Position numbers and translations under genes: made by a program. From a virus (Duplodnaviria > Heunggongvirae > Uroviricota > Caudoviricetes), in IMG/VR virus record IMGVR_UViG_2671180460_000010, positions 1 to 19,577 of that record: DNA of 19,577 nt; one strand, written 5' to 3'. The stretch's first letter is position 1; each line of letters begins with the position of its first letter. Below, piece after piece: positions 1 to 7,916 of the stretch. The notes beneath the pieces were generated by a model, which searched no databases, was not told where the DNA came from, and worked only from the letters and a program-made list of their open reading frames with translations.

Positions 1-19
1 CTAATTGATAAATAAAAAT

Positions 20-1315
20 TTAATTTTGCATCGCTTCGTTATGGGGCATGGTTGGGGCAAACTCGCTTAACTGTGTATTTAACAGCGTTACCTGCGCATT
101 ATTATTTTCTGACATCCATTTCCCGTACACCTGAAACACCATTTGCGCATCTGCATGACCCATCTGGTTTGCAATGAATGCCGGGTTAGCTCCTGCTGTT
201 AACGACCAGCAGGCATAAGTGTGTCTCGACTGATACGATTTGCGATGGCGGATTCCGGCACGCTTTACCGCTGCGTCCCACATCTGCCTTATTGAGTCAA
301 CGGTAAAATGGTCACCATACTTTTTTACTTTCGCTGACACTTCAGGTTGAAAAACAAAGGTACATTTTTGTTTCTCTGTTCTGCCGAATTCTCTGAGGTG
401 AACATCGATGATATGCTCTTTGCTCAGTCTCGTTAGTGCCATCTGACTCCGAAGAGCGTCTATTGCTGGCTTAATAAGGTGAATCACACGATTGGTGCCT
501 GCCTGCGTTTTTGGTACTGTAAAACGGTCTTTTGCCAGGTTTCTTCTGATCATCATTGTTCCATTTTTCAGATCTATATCTTCCCATCCAAGCGCACATA
601 GTTCACCAGGGCGAATCCCCGTATAAACGGAAACACACCATAAATTTTTGGCTTGCTGATTTCTACACGCGTCAATAAGGCGGATAAACTCCTCCCGGGA
701 AAGTGGATCTGGGATGGTTCTCGACTCCTTTAATGGTGAGATCCCCTTAAATGGATTATCTGCCAGGTAACCGTTATCAACACCAAACTGGAACACGGCA
801 TAAAGATTTGTCATGTAATTATTTACGGTAACAGCCGATCTCCCCGGTTGTGTAACAATATAATTACTTTTGGGGATCTGGTATCCAGTAAGTAACTCTT
901 TACGTACCGCTAACAATTTTTCTTTATTAATCGACGAGGCAAGATTTTTTTCACCGATTATGCTTAAGACGTTTTTTATTACAGCACGGTATGTATTGAG
1001 TGACGTTCTGGCTACTTCAGTTTCTTTCAGTGCCAGAAATTTTTCAGCCAGTTCCTTTATGGTTAAATCTTGTCGGGCCTCACCAAATTTTTCCAGATTG
1101 TGTGAGGAGGGAAACTGTTTTGCATAGTCAAAAACGCCGGTTTTTATTGCGTAACAAACAGAGGCGCGCAACTCTCCTGCAATGCGTCTGTTTTTGGCTG
1201 TGTCAGGGACCCCAAGATTTTCCCTGACTCTTACGCCTCTATAAACAAACCAGATACGTAATTTCCCTCCATGGTTTTCCACGCCTGTCGGATATTTCAT
1301 TTCAGCTTCTCTCAT
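20..1315 (-). CDS. int: Phage tyrosine integrase (site-specific recombinase)
   Basis: 431-aa ORF. The C-terminal region has the tyrosine-recombinase box II pattern (RHTYA...GANPAFIANQMGHADAQMVFQVY) and an upstream conserved Arg context (TGIRPGEL). It sits at the prophage end directly downstream of an excisionase-like gene. The true start may be the internal Met (MKYPTG, 1300) rather than 1315. Confidence 0.9.
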   Translation of the reverse strand: MREAEMKYPTGVENHGGKLRIWFVYRGVRVRENLGVPDTAKNRRIAGELRASVCYAIKTGVFDYAKQFPSSHNLEKFGEARQDLTIKELAEKFLALKETEVARTSLNTYRAVIKNVLSIIGEKNLASSINKEKLLAVRKELLTGYQIPKSNYIVTQPGRSAVTVNNYMTNLYAVFQFGVDNGYLADNPFKGISPLKESRTIPDPLSREEFIRLIDACRNQQAKNLWCVSVYTGIRPGELCALGWEDIDLKNGTMMIRRNLAKDRFTVPKTQAGTNRVIHLIKPAIDALRSQMALTRLSKEHIIDVHLREFGRTEKQKCTFVFQPEVSAKVKKYGDHFTVDSIRQMWDAAVKRAGIRHRKSYQSRHTYACWSLTAGANPAFIANQMGHADAQMVFQVYGKWMSENNNAQVTLLNTQLSEFAPTMPHNEAMQN

Positions 1316-1335
1316 TGGTTAGTATTGTTTTTTAG

Positions 1336-1587
1336 TCAAGTAAGATGGCGTCTTGGTCTTGCCGATGCCTGGCGCTCAATCCAGCGGTCAATTTCTTCCA
1401 GGTTGTAAAAGCATGGGCTGTTATCCCATGGCATACCGTCATGAGCGACATGCTTATATTCCCTTCCTTCCATAAACGATTTTTCCCTGGCTTTTTTTAG
1501 AGTTCCCTTTTTTATTCCTTTCAGTGCAATTAGTTGCTCTTCGGATACCCATTTACCGGGATAGACAATCATGATTACTTCGCTCAT
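1336..1587 (-). CDS. xis: Excisionase-like protein (putative Xis / recombination directionality factor)
   Basis: 83-aa ORF immediately upstream of int on the same strand, 20-nt gap. Small basic protein; the resemblance to the DUF1233-type 'putative excisionase' family (KWVSEEQLIALKGIKKGTLKKAREKSFMEGREY) is recalled from memory, not searched. Confidence 0.65.
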   Translation of the reverse strand: MSEVIMIVYPGKWVSEEQLIALKGIKKGTLKKAREKSFMEGREYKHVAHDGMPWDNSPCFYNLEEIDRWIERQASARPRRHLT

Positions 1588-1657
1588 CGCTTTTTATCTC
1601 TTACATCAGATGAGCGCCGGTTGCAGAATACCAGTCACAACCGGCGATGGTTGAACA

Positions 1658-4114
1658 TTAAAAATCAGCCTGATTCGGGATCAGTTTTTGCCAGATAGCT
1701 GAAACGTATTTTGCCTGGTGGCGGGCATCATCCAGTGCATTATGGCGCTCACCTTCGAATGGAATAGCCGTTCTGGCATCGAAGTCTATAGCTTTCCCCA
1801 GCTCAACGATTGTGCGTACATCGCGATCGTTGTAGTAACGCCACGGGCAGGGGATCCCCTGCCGTTCGTATGAACGGCGCAAAATCGTGTTGTCGAAGTT
1901 GGCTCCATTTCCCCAGACCTGAACAAAAAATTCACCGGAGTTTTCGTCGATAAATTCTCGCAATTGTAACAGTGCATCATCTAACGGGATTTCATCGGTC
2001 ATAATGGCAGATTGCGCTTCGCGTGATTGCTTCAGCCACCATTTAATGGTGTCCCGATCAATGACTCCGCCAGCAGTTTCCAGATCGATAGTCTTACTAA
2101 ATTCCGGTCCCATATCTCCGGTTTGCGGATCGAAAAATATTGCACCTATTGAGATAATCGGGGCATCAGGATTTTTTCCCATGGTTTCGAGGTCGATCAT
2201 TAGATGGTCACACGTCCTGCTGGTGGATGTGATTTCGTGATGACCGTTCACCTTAATTGAGTGATCTGCCGCCTCGCCAGTTTCATTATCGCTGGCGTGG
2301 TCCTGAGCGCTGCCAGCATTCTCCTTGTGTGGATGTTCAGCGCCTTCCATTTCCTCCGGATCATTTTCCTGAACTTCAACCTGATTCTCTTCATCGAATG
2401 TTTCCAGGTATGTTGCGTCGCCCATCACCGCGCCACAATCAGGGAAGTTGCCGCTGCCGGTCTGACCGCAGACGGTGCAAGCTTTTTCCGGTTCCTGTTG
2501 CGCTGCTGGTTCATGTTGTTTCGTTTCTGGCTCGTTTTGTAACGCATTTGGGCTGTTTTGTTCCGCTTTCTGGTCGTTCTGTTCCGTTTCTTGCTGGTTC
2601 TGATTCACTGAATCGCGGGTTTCAATCCCCTTCACCCATTTCGGATCATTCGGGTCGCTAATCCCTGCAACAAATTCACCGCGAGAGGCCGCAAGCAACT
2701 TATCGGCGTCAGGCTGGCCGATATTGGCTGCCTGCATAATTTTGTTTACTTCGTCAGCGGTAACTTTCACCTGATTAACTGGATCTACCTGTTCCTGAGT
2801 ATCCAGCGATTGCGTGTCCTGGCGATGTTCAGTTGTATCCGGTTCCATTGTTTCAGCCGTTGCCTGTTCATCTGCCAGTACGCCAGACGGTTGCGGTTTT
2901 TCTTCATCATTTTTTTCTTCTTCTGTTTCTTGCCCGGCAGCCAGCTCGCGGTTAACTTCTTCCAGGATATCTTTTTCCGGTGTATGTCGTGCAGCAGTGA
3001 GAGTTTCCTTGCTGGGGTTCTCGTGATCAGTCTCCGTTAAGTAGGCGTTGATATACCCCTGAAGGCGTCCCGGGTAATGATAAAATTCAGGGTGTGCGCT
3101 CCGGATAAGCGCAAAAATAGCGGCGCGGGAATAATCCAGGATACCCGGGATTGCGCGAAGTGCTGCGGACCATTCTTTGAACGGGCTTTCTTTCTTCCGG
3201 ACGACTTCTTTTGCGCGACGATAAACGCTGCCCGGAATTTCATAAATATTAAAATCCATCGGAAGTGTGGCCGCTGCAATCTCCACATCCAGCGTATCGA
3301 AGGTGTGTACTAAATTAGGATTGCGATCGGTTTTGTTCCCTCCACCGGCATTAGCACCGGAAGCCGTGCGGGTAATGCGTGAAACACGATTTCCTTTCAT
3401 CCACTCTTTTGTCAGCAGACCGCGATCGGTGTAGTCAGCGCCCAGGTATGCTTCGAAAAAAGCAGTCATCAGTCCCAGGTCTGAATTACCAGGATTAGGG
3501 AAAACTTTGTCCGTGTCACGAACCAGTTTGTGGAGATCGCGAATTTCCAGCGGTTCGAGTTGCGCTGCTTTATTTGAGATGGCCAGAGCGGTAACGGCGG
3601 GAAGTTTTTCATCCTGTGCGTTATGTAATGCGCGCAGTTCGTCCCGCGAAACGTGTGTGATCGGTTTTTCGCTGCCGTGCTGTGCCAGCCATCGAACAGG
3701 CAGAATCTGACCTGAAACCGGCAGGAGCATGTTCTCCTCAATCTCCGTCATGTCTTCGCCGTTGACGTTGGTATTGTCAGTGCTGGCTGGTTTGTCCTGC
3801 GCAGAGTGAGAGGTCTCAATAAATACCATTGTTATACCATCTTCCCCGCCTTTTTCGTATCGATTGCAGAATTCGGTATCAAACACGCCTTCCGGAGGAA
3901 GGTCATTCACAATGGGTAAATGGACGCGAACAGGTTTTTTAAAATCCTCTTCGTCAAATCCGGCATCGTCCATTGCGACAACACCGCGTGATATTGCAAC
4001 CGATAATTTTTTTGCTGTGCGCCAGTAAAAACCGCCTTTAATCCCAAGGCGTTTTCTGACTTTGTCATTTTTGGCTTCGTAATATAGTGCAATTTCTTCT
4101 TTATCAGCGCTCAT
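1658..4114 (-). CDS. Large phage protein with C-terminal DnaQ-like DEDDh 3'-5' exonuclease domain (often annotated exodeoxyribonuclease VIII-like); long acidic/Gln-rich central linker
   Basis: 818-aa ORF with GAGG RBS 7 nt upstream of the ATG at 4114. The C-terminal ~180 aa carry Exo I (MIDLETMG), Exo II ([12 protein letters not shown]) and Exo III (HNALDDARH) motifs. The central ~250 aa are low-complexity E/Q/D/T-rich. Position matches the recombination-gene slot of lambdoid phages. Confidence 0.75.
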   Translation of the reverse strand: MSADKEEIALYYEAKNDKVRKRLGIKGGFYWRTAKKLSVAISRGVVAMDDAGFDEEDFKKPVRVHLPIVNDLPPEGVFDTEFCNRYEKGGEDGITMVFIETSHSAQDKPASTDNTNVNGEDMTEIEENMLLPVSGQILPVRWLAQHGSEKPITHVSRDELRALHNAQDEKLPAVTALAISNKAAQLEPLEIRDLHKLVRDTDKVFPNPGNSDLGLMTAFFEAYLGADYTDRGLLTKEWMKGNRVSRITRTASGANAGGGNKTDRNPNLVHTFDTLDVEIAAATLPMDFNIYEIPGSVYRRAKEVVRKKESPFKEWSAALRAIPGILDYSRAAIFALIRSAHPEFYHYPGRLQGYINAYLTETDHENPSKETLTAARHTPEKDILEEVNRELAAGQETEEEKNDEEKPQPSGVLADEQATAETMEPDTTEHRQDTQSLDTQEQVDPVNQVKVTADEVNKIMQAANIGQPDADKLLAASRGEFVAGISDPNDPKWVKGIETRDSVNQNQQETEQNDQKAEQNSPNALQNEPETKQHEPAAQQEPEKACTVCGQTGSGNFPDCGAVMGDATYLETFDEENQVEVQENDPEEMEGAEHPHKENAGSAQDHASDNETGEAADHSIKVNGHHEITSTSRTCDHLMIDLETMGKNPDAPIISIGAIFFDPQTGDMGPEFSKTIDLETAGGVIDRDTIKWWLKQSREAQSAIMTDEIPLDDALLQLREFIDENSGEFFVQVWGNGANFDNTILRRSYERQGIPCPWRYYNDRDVRTIVELGKAIDFDARTAIPFEGERHNALDDARHQAKYVSAIWQKLIPNQADF

Positions 4115-4191
4115 TGATAAACCTCGTAACTATTTTTAGGGTGAACAAATCCCTGCCATTTCTGACATATAAAAATGAAACCGGATATTAA

Positions 4192-4395
4192 TTACGGTGC
4201 TGTTTTAAGTCCTGCCGGGACTTCGTTATTATCCATGCGAATAACTTTATCGACCGGATAACAGTTACCGGGAATTTTCTGTTCATCTGCGGCAGCCATG
4301 CATTCTTTCATTGAGCTGTATACGCCAGTAACCATGTCAACTGGTTCACCGGAAACAAGAAAAACCGTCAGAACAAGTGCAAATGTGGTATTCAT
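4192..4395 (-). CDS. Small hypothetical protein with N-terminal signal-peptide-like hydrophobic segment
   Basis: Internal Met start (MNTTFALVLTVFLVSGEP...) preceded by AGGA. Its ATG overlaps the stop of the upstream gene in an ATGA arrangement (4392..4395), suggesting translational coupling. 67 aa with 3 Cys. Confidence 0.45.
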   Translation of the reverse strand: MNTTFALVLTVFLVSGEPVDMVTGVYSSMKECMAAADEQKIPGNCYPVDKVIRMDNNEVPAGLKTAP

Positions 4396-4580
4396 TGCCA
4401 GTATCCTTTTTGCATCAGGCGTGAACGGGCCATCATTGAAACAATGCAAACCTTATTTAATGAATCCGGCTCATGCTTTATCTGGTTAATGGCATCCTCA
4501 ATAAAAGTTTTATCGCCAGTGATAACGCCAATTTCAAAACGAGTTTCAGGCGTAGTGGAATTGAGTAATAACGTTTCCAT
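4392..4580 (-). CDS. Small hypothetical protein (62 aa)
   Basis: Start METLLLNSTTPETRFEIG with GAGGA RBS upstream; ATGA overlap with the next gene. One arm of a 19-bp inverted repeat lies just upstream of its RBS. Confidence 0.45.
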   Translation of the reverse strand: METLLLNSTTPETRFEIGVITGDKTFIEDAINQIKHEPDSLNKVCIVSMMARSRLMQKGYWQ

Positions 4581-5081
4581 TATCGCGTCCTCAACAATGA
4601 ATTTTGTGATGCGGTGCCTGGTGCCTCCAGGTGACGTTAACCAGTTAACAATTAACGCCGGATACAGGGAACCCATAAACACCCGATACGGGGGAACTAA
4701 TCGCTTTTTAACTGTTCCGCGTGCGCTGAGCCGCATTCACCGCATCACAAAATTCACTTTAAAAATGGCGGACATCAGCCAGCAATTAAACTGATGCCGC
4801 CAAAGGTCAATACTCAACATGGGTTGTTGCAGCGGGGTTGTCACTCAGGCGTATGGTCAACCTGACAACCCGGTGCTACCAATGGGGGTAAGGATAACCC
4901 CGCCATACTTACCGCCGCGCCATTTCGCGGATTGCCACAACCGGAAGCGCACGGTCGAAGAAATCTAACGACAAGCCTTCTAAGGAAAAGAAACCTTCGC
5001 TGTGCGCTTTCGTGTTGTGTGCCTGCTTTTAACCACATCAGGCGAGGTGGTTTCCGTCATTCCCCAACGACAAGAAATTTG

Positions 5082-5087
5082 TATAAT
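5082..5087 (+). promoter_or_regulatory. Candidate sigma70 -10 element (TG-adjacent TATAAT) for the 5119..5637 gene
   Basis: ttTGTATAATcc lies 31 nt upstream of the ATG at 5119. The -35 is weak (ttcccc region), consistent with an extended -10 type promoter. Confidence 0.4.
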
Positions 5088-5118
5088 CCGGATACCCCAA
5101 CAACAAAGAGAGTTAAGA

Positions 5119-5637
5119 ATGCTATCTGGAATAACTTCATCAATAACGGCAATTAAAGTCTCGATTGATTTATTACAGGTAATACTTGATGCAAAAAGCC
5201 AATCTGAACGTGAAAAGGCTGTCTACGAAATGCGTCGCCAACTGGCAGACTTACAAATACAGAACGCAGAGCTAGCGAAAACGCTCGCGCTTCAGTACGA
5301 GGAAATACTCTTGCTTAAGCAAAAATGTCATGAAATTGACGAGCGTAATCGAAAACTTGAATGCTATACGATACACAAAACTGGTTTTGGGCATTTTGTC
5401 TATGCTTTCAGGAACAGCCTCGACGAAGAAGACACATGTTTTCACTATGCCTGTCCCAATTGCTATCAGCATGGTGTAATAGCAATACTTCAACCTGTTG
5501 AAATTGGTGAGCATGATAAGTTCCATATTTCTAAATGCCTGAAATGTGATTCGCGCTTTAAATTTGAACGCAATGATGACTATATACCGCCCCCATCTGA
5601 AGAAGAGATAGGTAGAGCATTGAGCAGCAATCCGTAG
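5119..5637 (+). CDS. Hypothetical coiled-coil protein with C-terminal CxxC...CxxC zinc-ribbon-like motif (172 aa)
   Basis: Start at internal Met (MLSGITSS) with GAGAG RBS. Predicted heptad-rich central segment (QLADLQIQNAELAKTLALQYEEILLLKQKCHEIDERNRKLE). C-terminus has CPNC...(22 aa)...CLKC. Opposite strand to all neighbours, with its own promoter. Confidence 0.6.
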   Translation: MLSGITSSITAIKVSIDLLQVILDAKSQSEREKAVYEMRRQLADLQIQNAELAKTLALQYEEILLLKQKCHEIDERNRKLECYTIHKTGFGHFVYAFRNSLDEEDTCFHYACPNCYQHGVIAILQPVEIGEHDKFHISKCLKCDSRFKFERNDDYIPPPSEEEIGRALSSNP

Positions 5638-5799
5638 GTTATTGCTGTTGTGGATATCCAGATTGTTAAAGAGCATGCCGGAAGGTTATCCGTGTCCGGC
5701 GCACGACCACACGTAGCAGCGTGTTGGTCTCCATTTTTAATTCACCCCTTAATGGAGGATAAAATAATCGTGGTGCTGGTCGGCTCGGTCCCGCAGGTG

Positions 5800-6447
5800 T
5801 TACCCTTTAAACCAGTCAATCCAGAGCGGATAGTGTTCAGCATAAATATAGCTATACACATCCAGGTTGTATTTGCGGTCTGTCCTTAGCAGGTCGCAAA
5901 TACAGGCCGCAGCTTCCAGGGCAGCAGCTTTGTTGCTGAATAACCATGTAGCAACATTCCGGCGATTATCTGTATCCCACTCTTTTGTGAGGGCTGACAC
6001 CACGAAGGAGCCGTTGGTGTTGCCATCAAATACTTCCGTTTCCAGATTTTTAAGTAATGCCTGGTGAATTTTTGCCAGGTATTCAGTCGGAATTTCGCCA
6101 CGAATTCGGATAAGGTTGTCATAAACAAACATGTTCCCCGCATATGGCGATTTTTCTTTCTTTTGTTCACTGGCAGGCTGGTCAATTTCGTCTTCGGTTG
6201 GTTTCGTATTGATGTTTTGCGTTATCGTTTCTGCAATGGGCTTTGCTTTATTTTCTACACAATGATTGTTTGTGAACGAATCTGAATACAGTCCGGTAAA
6301 AGAATTGCGGACATGATTTGATAAATTTCTGATGAACACTTTATCTACTAATATCATTGGGTTCCGCGCCAGTTGCGAGCGAATCACATCAGCGGCCATT
6401 TCCTGTATTGAAATTGGTAAATCTTTAAATTCCATAGTCAACCTCAT
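5800..6447 (-). CDS. Hypothetical protein (215 aa), second gene of the leftward early operon
   Basis: Long ORF with GAGG RBS. Start is 6447 (MRLT) or 6435 (MEFKDL). No motif I can assign to a known family. Confidence 0.6.
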   Translation of the reverse strand: MRLTMEFKDLPISIQEMAADVIRSQLARNPMILVDKVFIRNLSNHVRNSFTGLYSDSFTNNHCVENKAKPIAETITQNINTKPTEDEIDQPASEQKKEKSPYAGNMFVYDNLIRIRGEIPTEYLAKIHQALLKNLETEVFDGNTNGSFVVSALTKEWDTDNRRNVATWLFSNKAAALEAAACICDLLRTDRKYNLDVYSYIYAEHYPLWIDWFKG

Positions 6448-6459
6448 CAGTCGGTGGTT

Positions 6460-6666
6460 TTAAATCACTCGCGAAACGTTTAATGCCGCGCTTTTTGCCA
6501 GAGCGGTAATATCCTGCGTCACTGACGCCAGTGTTTCAGAGAGGCGCTCTTTGTGATCAGTGGCCTGCTTCAGGTCATTAATGGCGCGTATCTTCCCGCG
6601 CATCCACTCATAAAGTTCATCATCGGTATAGCCTGGCGCGATGATGACGGGTTCTCGTTTCTGCAT
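6460..6666 (-). CDS. Hypothetical protein (68 aa), first gene downstream of the pL-like promoter
   Basis: ORF 12 nt upstream of the 215-aa gene on the same strand, about 180 nt downstream of a strong leftward promoter. Not Arg-rich, so not an obvious lambda N-type antiterminator. Confidence 0.5.
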   Translation of the reverse strand: MQKREPVIIAPGYTDDELYEWMRGKIRAINDLKQATDHKERLSETLASVTQDITALAKSAALNVSRVI

Positions 6667-6854
6667 GCTGATTCCTCTCAGTGCTGTTTCCCCTTAACGC
6701 CGGGGTAGCGGAACAAAAACCTGCTGCATAGTTAAAGTTGAACCCTGCCGTCATGTTCATACGCCTCGGGCTGGCTACTTAACCCCTGACCACTGCCTGG
6801 TAACTCGAAGTATTGCCCTGCGTTCTGTGGGATGGGGTGGGTTGGCATGGGAAA

Positions 6855-6898
6855 ACTATAGGTAATGCCTAATTATTTGTCAATAGGCTATGCCTAAT
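6855..6898 (-). promoter_or_regulatory. pL-like early-left promoter with overlapping operator half-sites (OL-like)
   Basis: On the minus strand: TTGACA (plus coords 6878..6883), 17-nt spacer, TATAGT (6855..6860). The -35 is embedded in ATTAGGCatagcctATT, and further GCCTAAT half-sites occur at about 6864..6876 and 6913..6925. Confidence 0.55.
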
Positions 6899-6991
6899 GA
6901 TTTAAGGGCAACCTAATAGGTGATGGTGTGTGGGAGAGGTAGTAGGAGTTAACTAACGGGATCTAGGAATTTCCCGTCGGACCATATAAGT

Positions 6992-7468
6992 TTAAGTACC
7001 TGTCTTGGTGATATTCTGGCTTTTCCGTTTTGATTCTTGATTTTTCAAATAGTTACCTACCTTCATTTCCATTGCGGCAATGTAGGCGCGAACGTCATGA
7101 TCAACCCAACTAGGCTCCGTAGCATTTCCAGATAAGAGGAAAGCTACAATTGCTCTTTTTTCATCAGAGGCGGCTTGATAAAGGCTGTTTATGTCTAAGA
7201 GTTCACTTTTTGTATCTGAAGTGGATGGGGTTGGTATGGGGTATTCGTTAAGCCCCCAATGCTCTGGACCAACCACATCAGAAAAGAAACGCCATAGTTC
7301 TGGAAGTTTGTCTTTACTTATCGAACCTTTCTTAATCCAGTCATGGATTGATGGTGGTTGGACTTTGAAATGACGTGCGATCTCCGCCTTTGATTTGACG
7401 GCCCCTGATGCAATTTTTTTGTTAATGGCCTGCTCTATCGCTCGGCCTAAGTCTTTACCACTAAGCAT
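6992..7468 (-). CDS. Prophage repressor, HTH (XRE-like) family, RacR-like; no C-terminal S24 peptidase domain evident
   Basis: 158-aa ORF with GGAGA RBS. N-terminal HTH-like segment (KSKAEIARHFKVQPPSIHDWIKKG). Sits between mirrored promoters/operators and is divergent from a Cro-like gene. Size and arrangement match the Rac racR-ydaS-ydaT layout. Confidence 0.7.
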   Translation of the reverse strand: MLSGKDLGRAIEQAINKKIASGAVKSKAEIARHFKVQPPSIHDWIKKGSISKDKLPELWRFFSDVVGPEHWGLNEYPIPTPSTSDTKSELLDINSLYQAASDEKRAIVAFLLSGNATEPSWVDHDVRAYIAAMEMKVGNYLKNQESKRKSQNITKTGT

Positions 7469-7520
7469 TGCTTAATAGTCTCCTATGCGTATCGCGTTAG
7501 GCAATCCCTATCTTTAATGT

Positions 7521-7570
7521 ATTAGGCATAGCCTATTGACAATGATATTAGGCGCAGCCTAATATCATTG
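7521..7570 (+). promoter_or_regulatory. pR-like early-right promoter with operator palindromes (OR-like)
   Basis: -35 TTGACA (7536..7541), 18-nt spacer, -10 TAATAT (7560..7565). A 31-bp perfect palindrome CAATGATATTAGGC-gca-GCCTAATATCATTG (7540..7570) overlaps the promoter. A second site ATTAGGCatagcctATTGACAA (7521..7542) is the exact reverse complement of 6877..6898. Confidence 0.6.
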
Positions 7571-7592
7571 TGTGTTTTTTGGAGTTCACTCG

Positions 7593-7916
7593 ATGAAAAA
7601 AGAGAACTATTCATTCAAACGAGCTTGTGCTGTTGTCGGTGGGCAATCAGCAATGGCTAGGCTTTTAGGTGTATCACCTCCAAGCGTAAATCAATGGATC
7701 AAAGGTGTACGTCAGTTACCTGCTGAGAGATGTCCTGCGATTGAACGAGCAACAAAAGGTGGTGTCCTGTGTGAAGAACTTCGTCCTGATGTTGATTGGT
7801 CATACTTACGACGCTCGTCATGTTATTCGCAGAATATGTCGATGAAGCAACCAAATGACGAAAACGATCATACCCGAAGCATCAAGAGGCAAATGATTCA
7901 TGAAAATCAAGCATGA
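7593..7916 (+). CDS. ydaS: Cro-like HTH regulator, YdaS family
   Basis: Start at ATG 7593 with GGAG RBS. HTH signature (ACAVVGGQSAMARLLGVSPPSVNQWIKGVRQLP). Divergent from the repressor, and its stop overlaps the start of the next gene. Confidence 0.8.
   Translation: MKKENYSFKRACAVVGGQSAMARLLGVSPPSVNQWIKGVRQLPAERCPAIERATKGGVLCEELRPDVDWSYLRRSSCYSQNMSMKQPNDENDHTRSIKRQMIHENQA

Noticed and set aside
1-19. attL or tRNA integration target at the left edge
   Set aside because: Only 19 nt of sequence lie beyond the integrase stop, too little to recognise a tRNA fragment or core att repeat.
2004-3313. Several 60 to 134-aa ORFs on both strands inside the 818-aa exonuclease gene
   Set aside because: All are nested within or antisense to a long ORF with a strong RBS and conserved nuclease motifs. 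Their translations are low-complexity or Cys/Arg-rich, as expected from off-frame reading.
4444-4794. 116-aa plus-strand ORF across the 4581..5118 intergenic region
   Set aside because: It overlaps the starts of two minus-strand genes and spans the inverted repeats and hairpins. It has no convincing RBS, so the region is better explained as regulatory or structured non-coding sequence.
5728-5757. Bidirectional terminator between the convergent 172-aa and 215-aa genes
   Set aside because: The hairpin CTCCATT...AATGGAG has a 15-nt loop and no U-tract on either strand, so it does not qualify as an intrinsic terminator.
6667-6850. nutL-like boxA/boxB site in the pL leader
   Set aside because: A CCCC-ggcgttaa-GGGG hairpin exists on the minus strand, but there is no clear boxA consensus and the first gene is not N-like. 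Not enough evidence to call.
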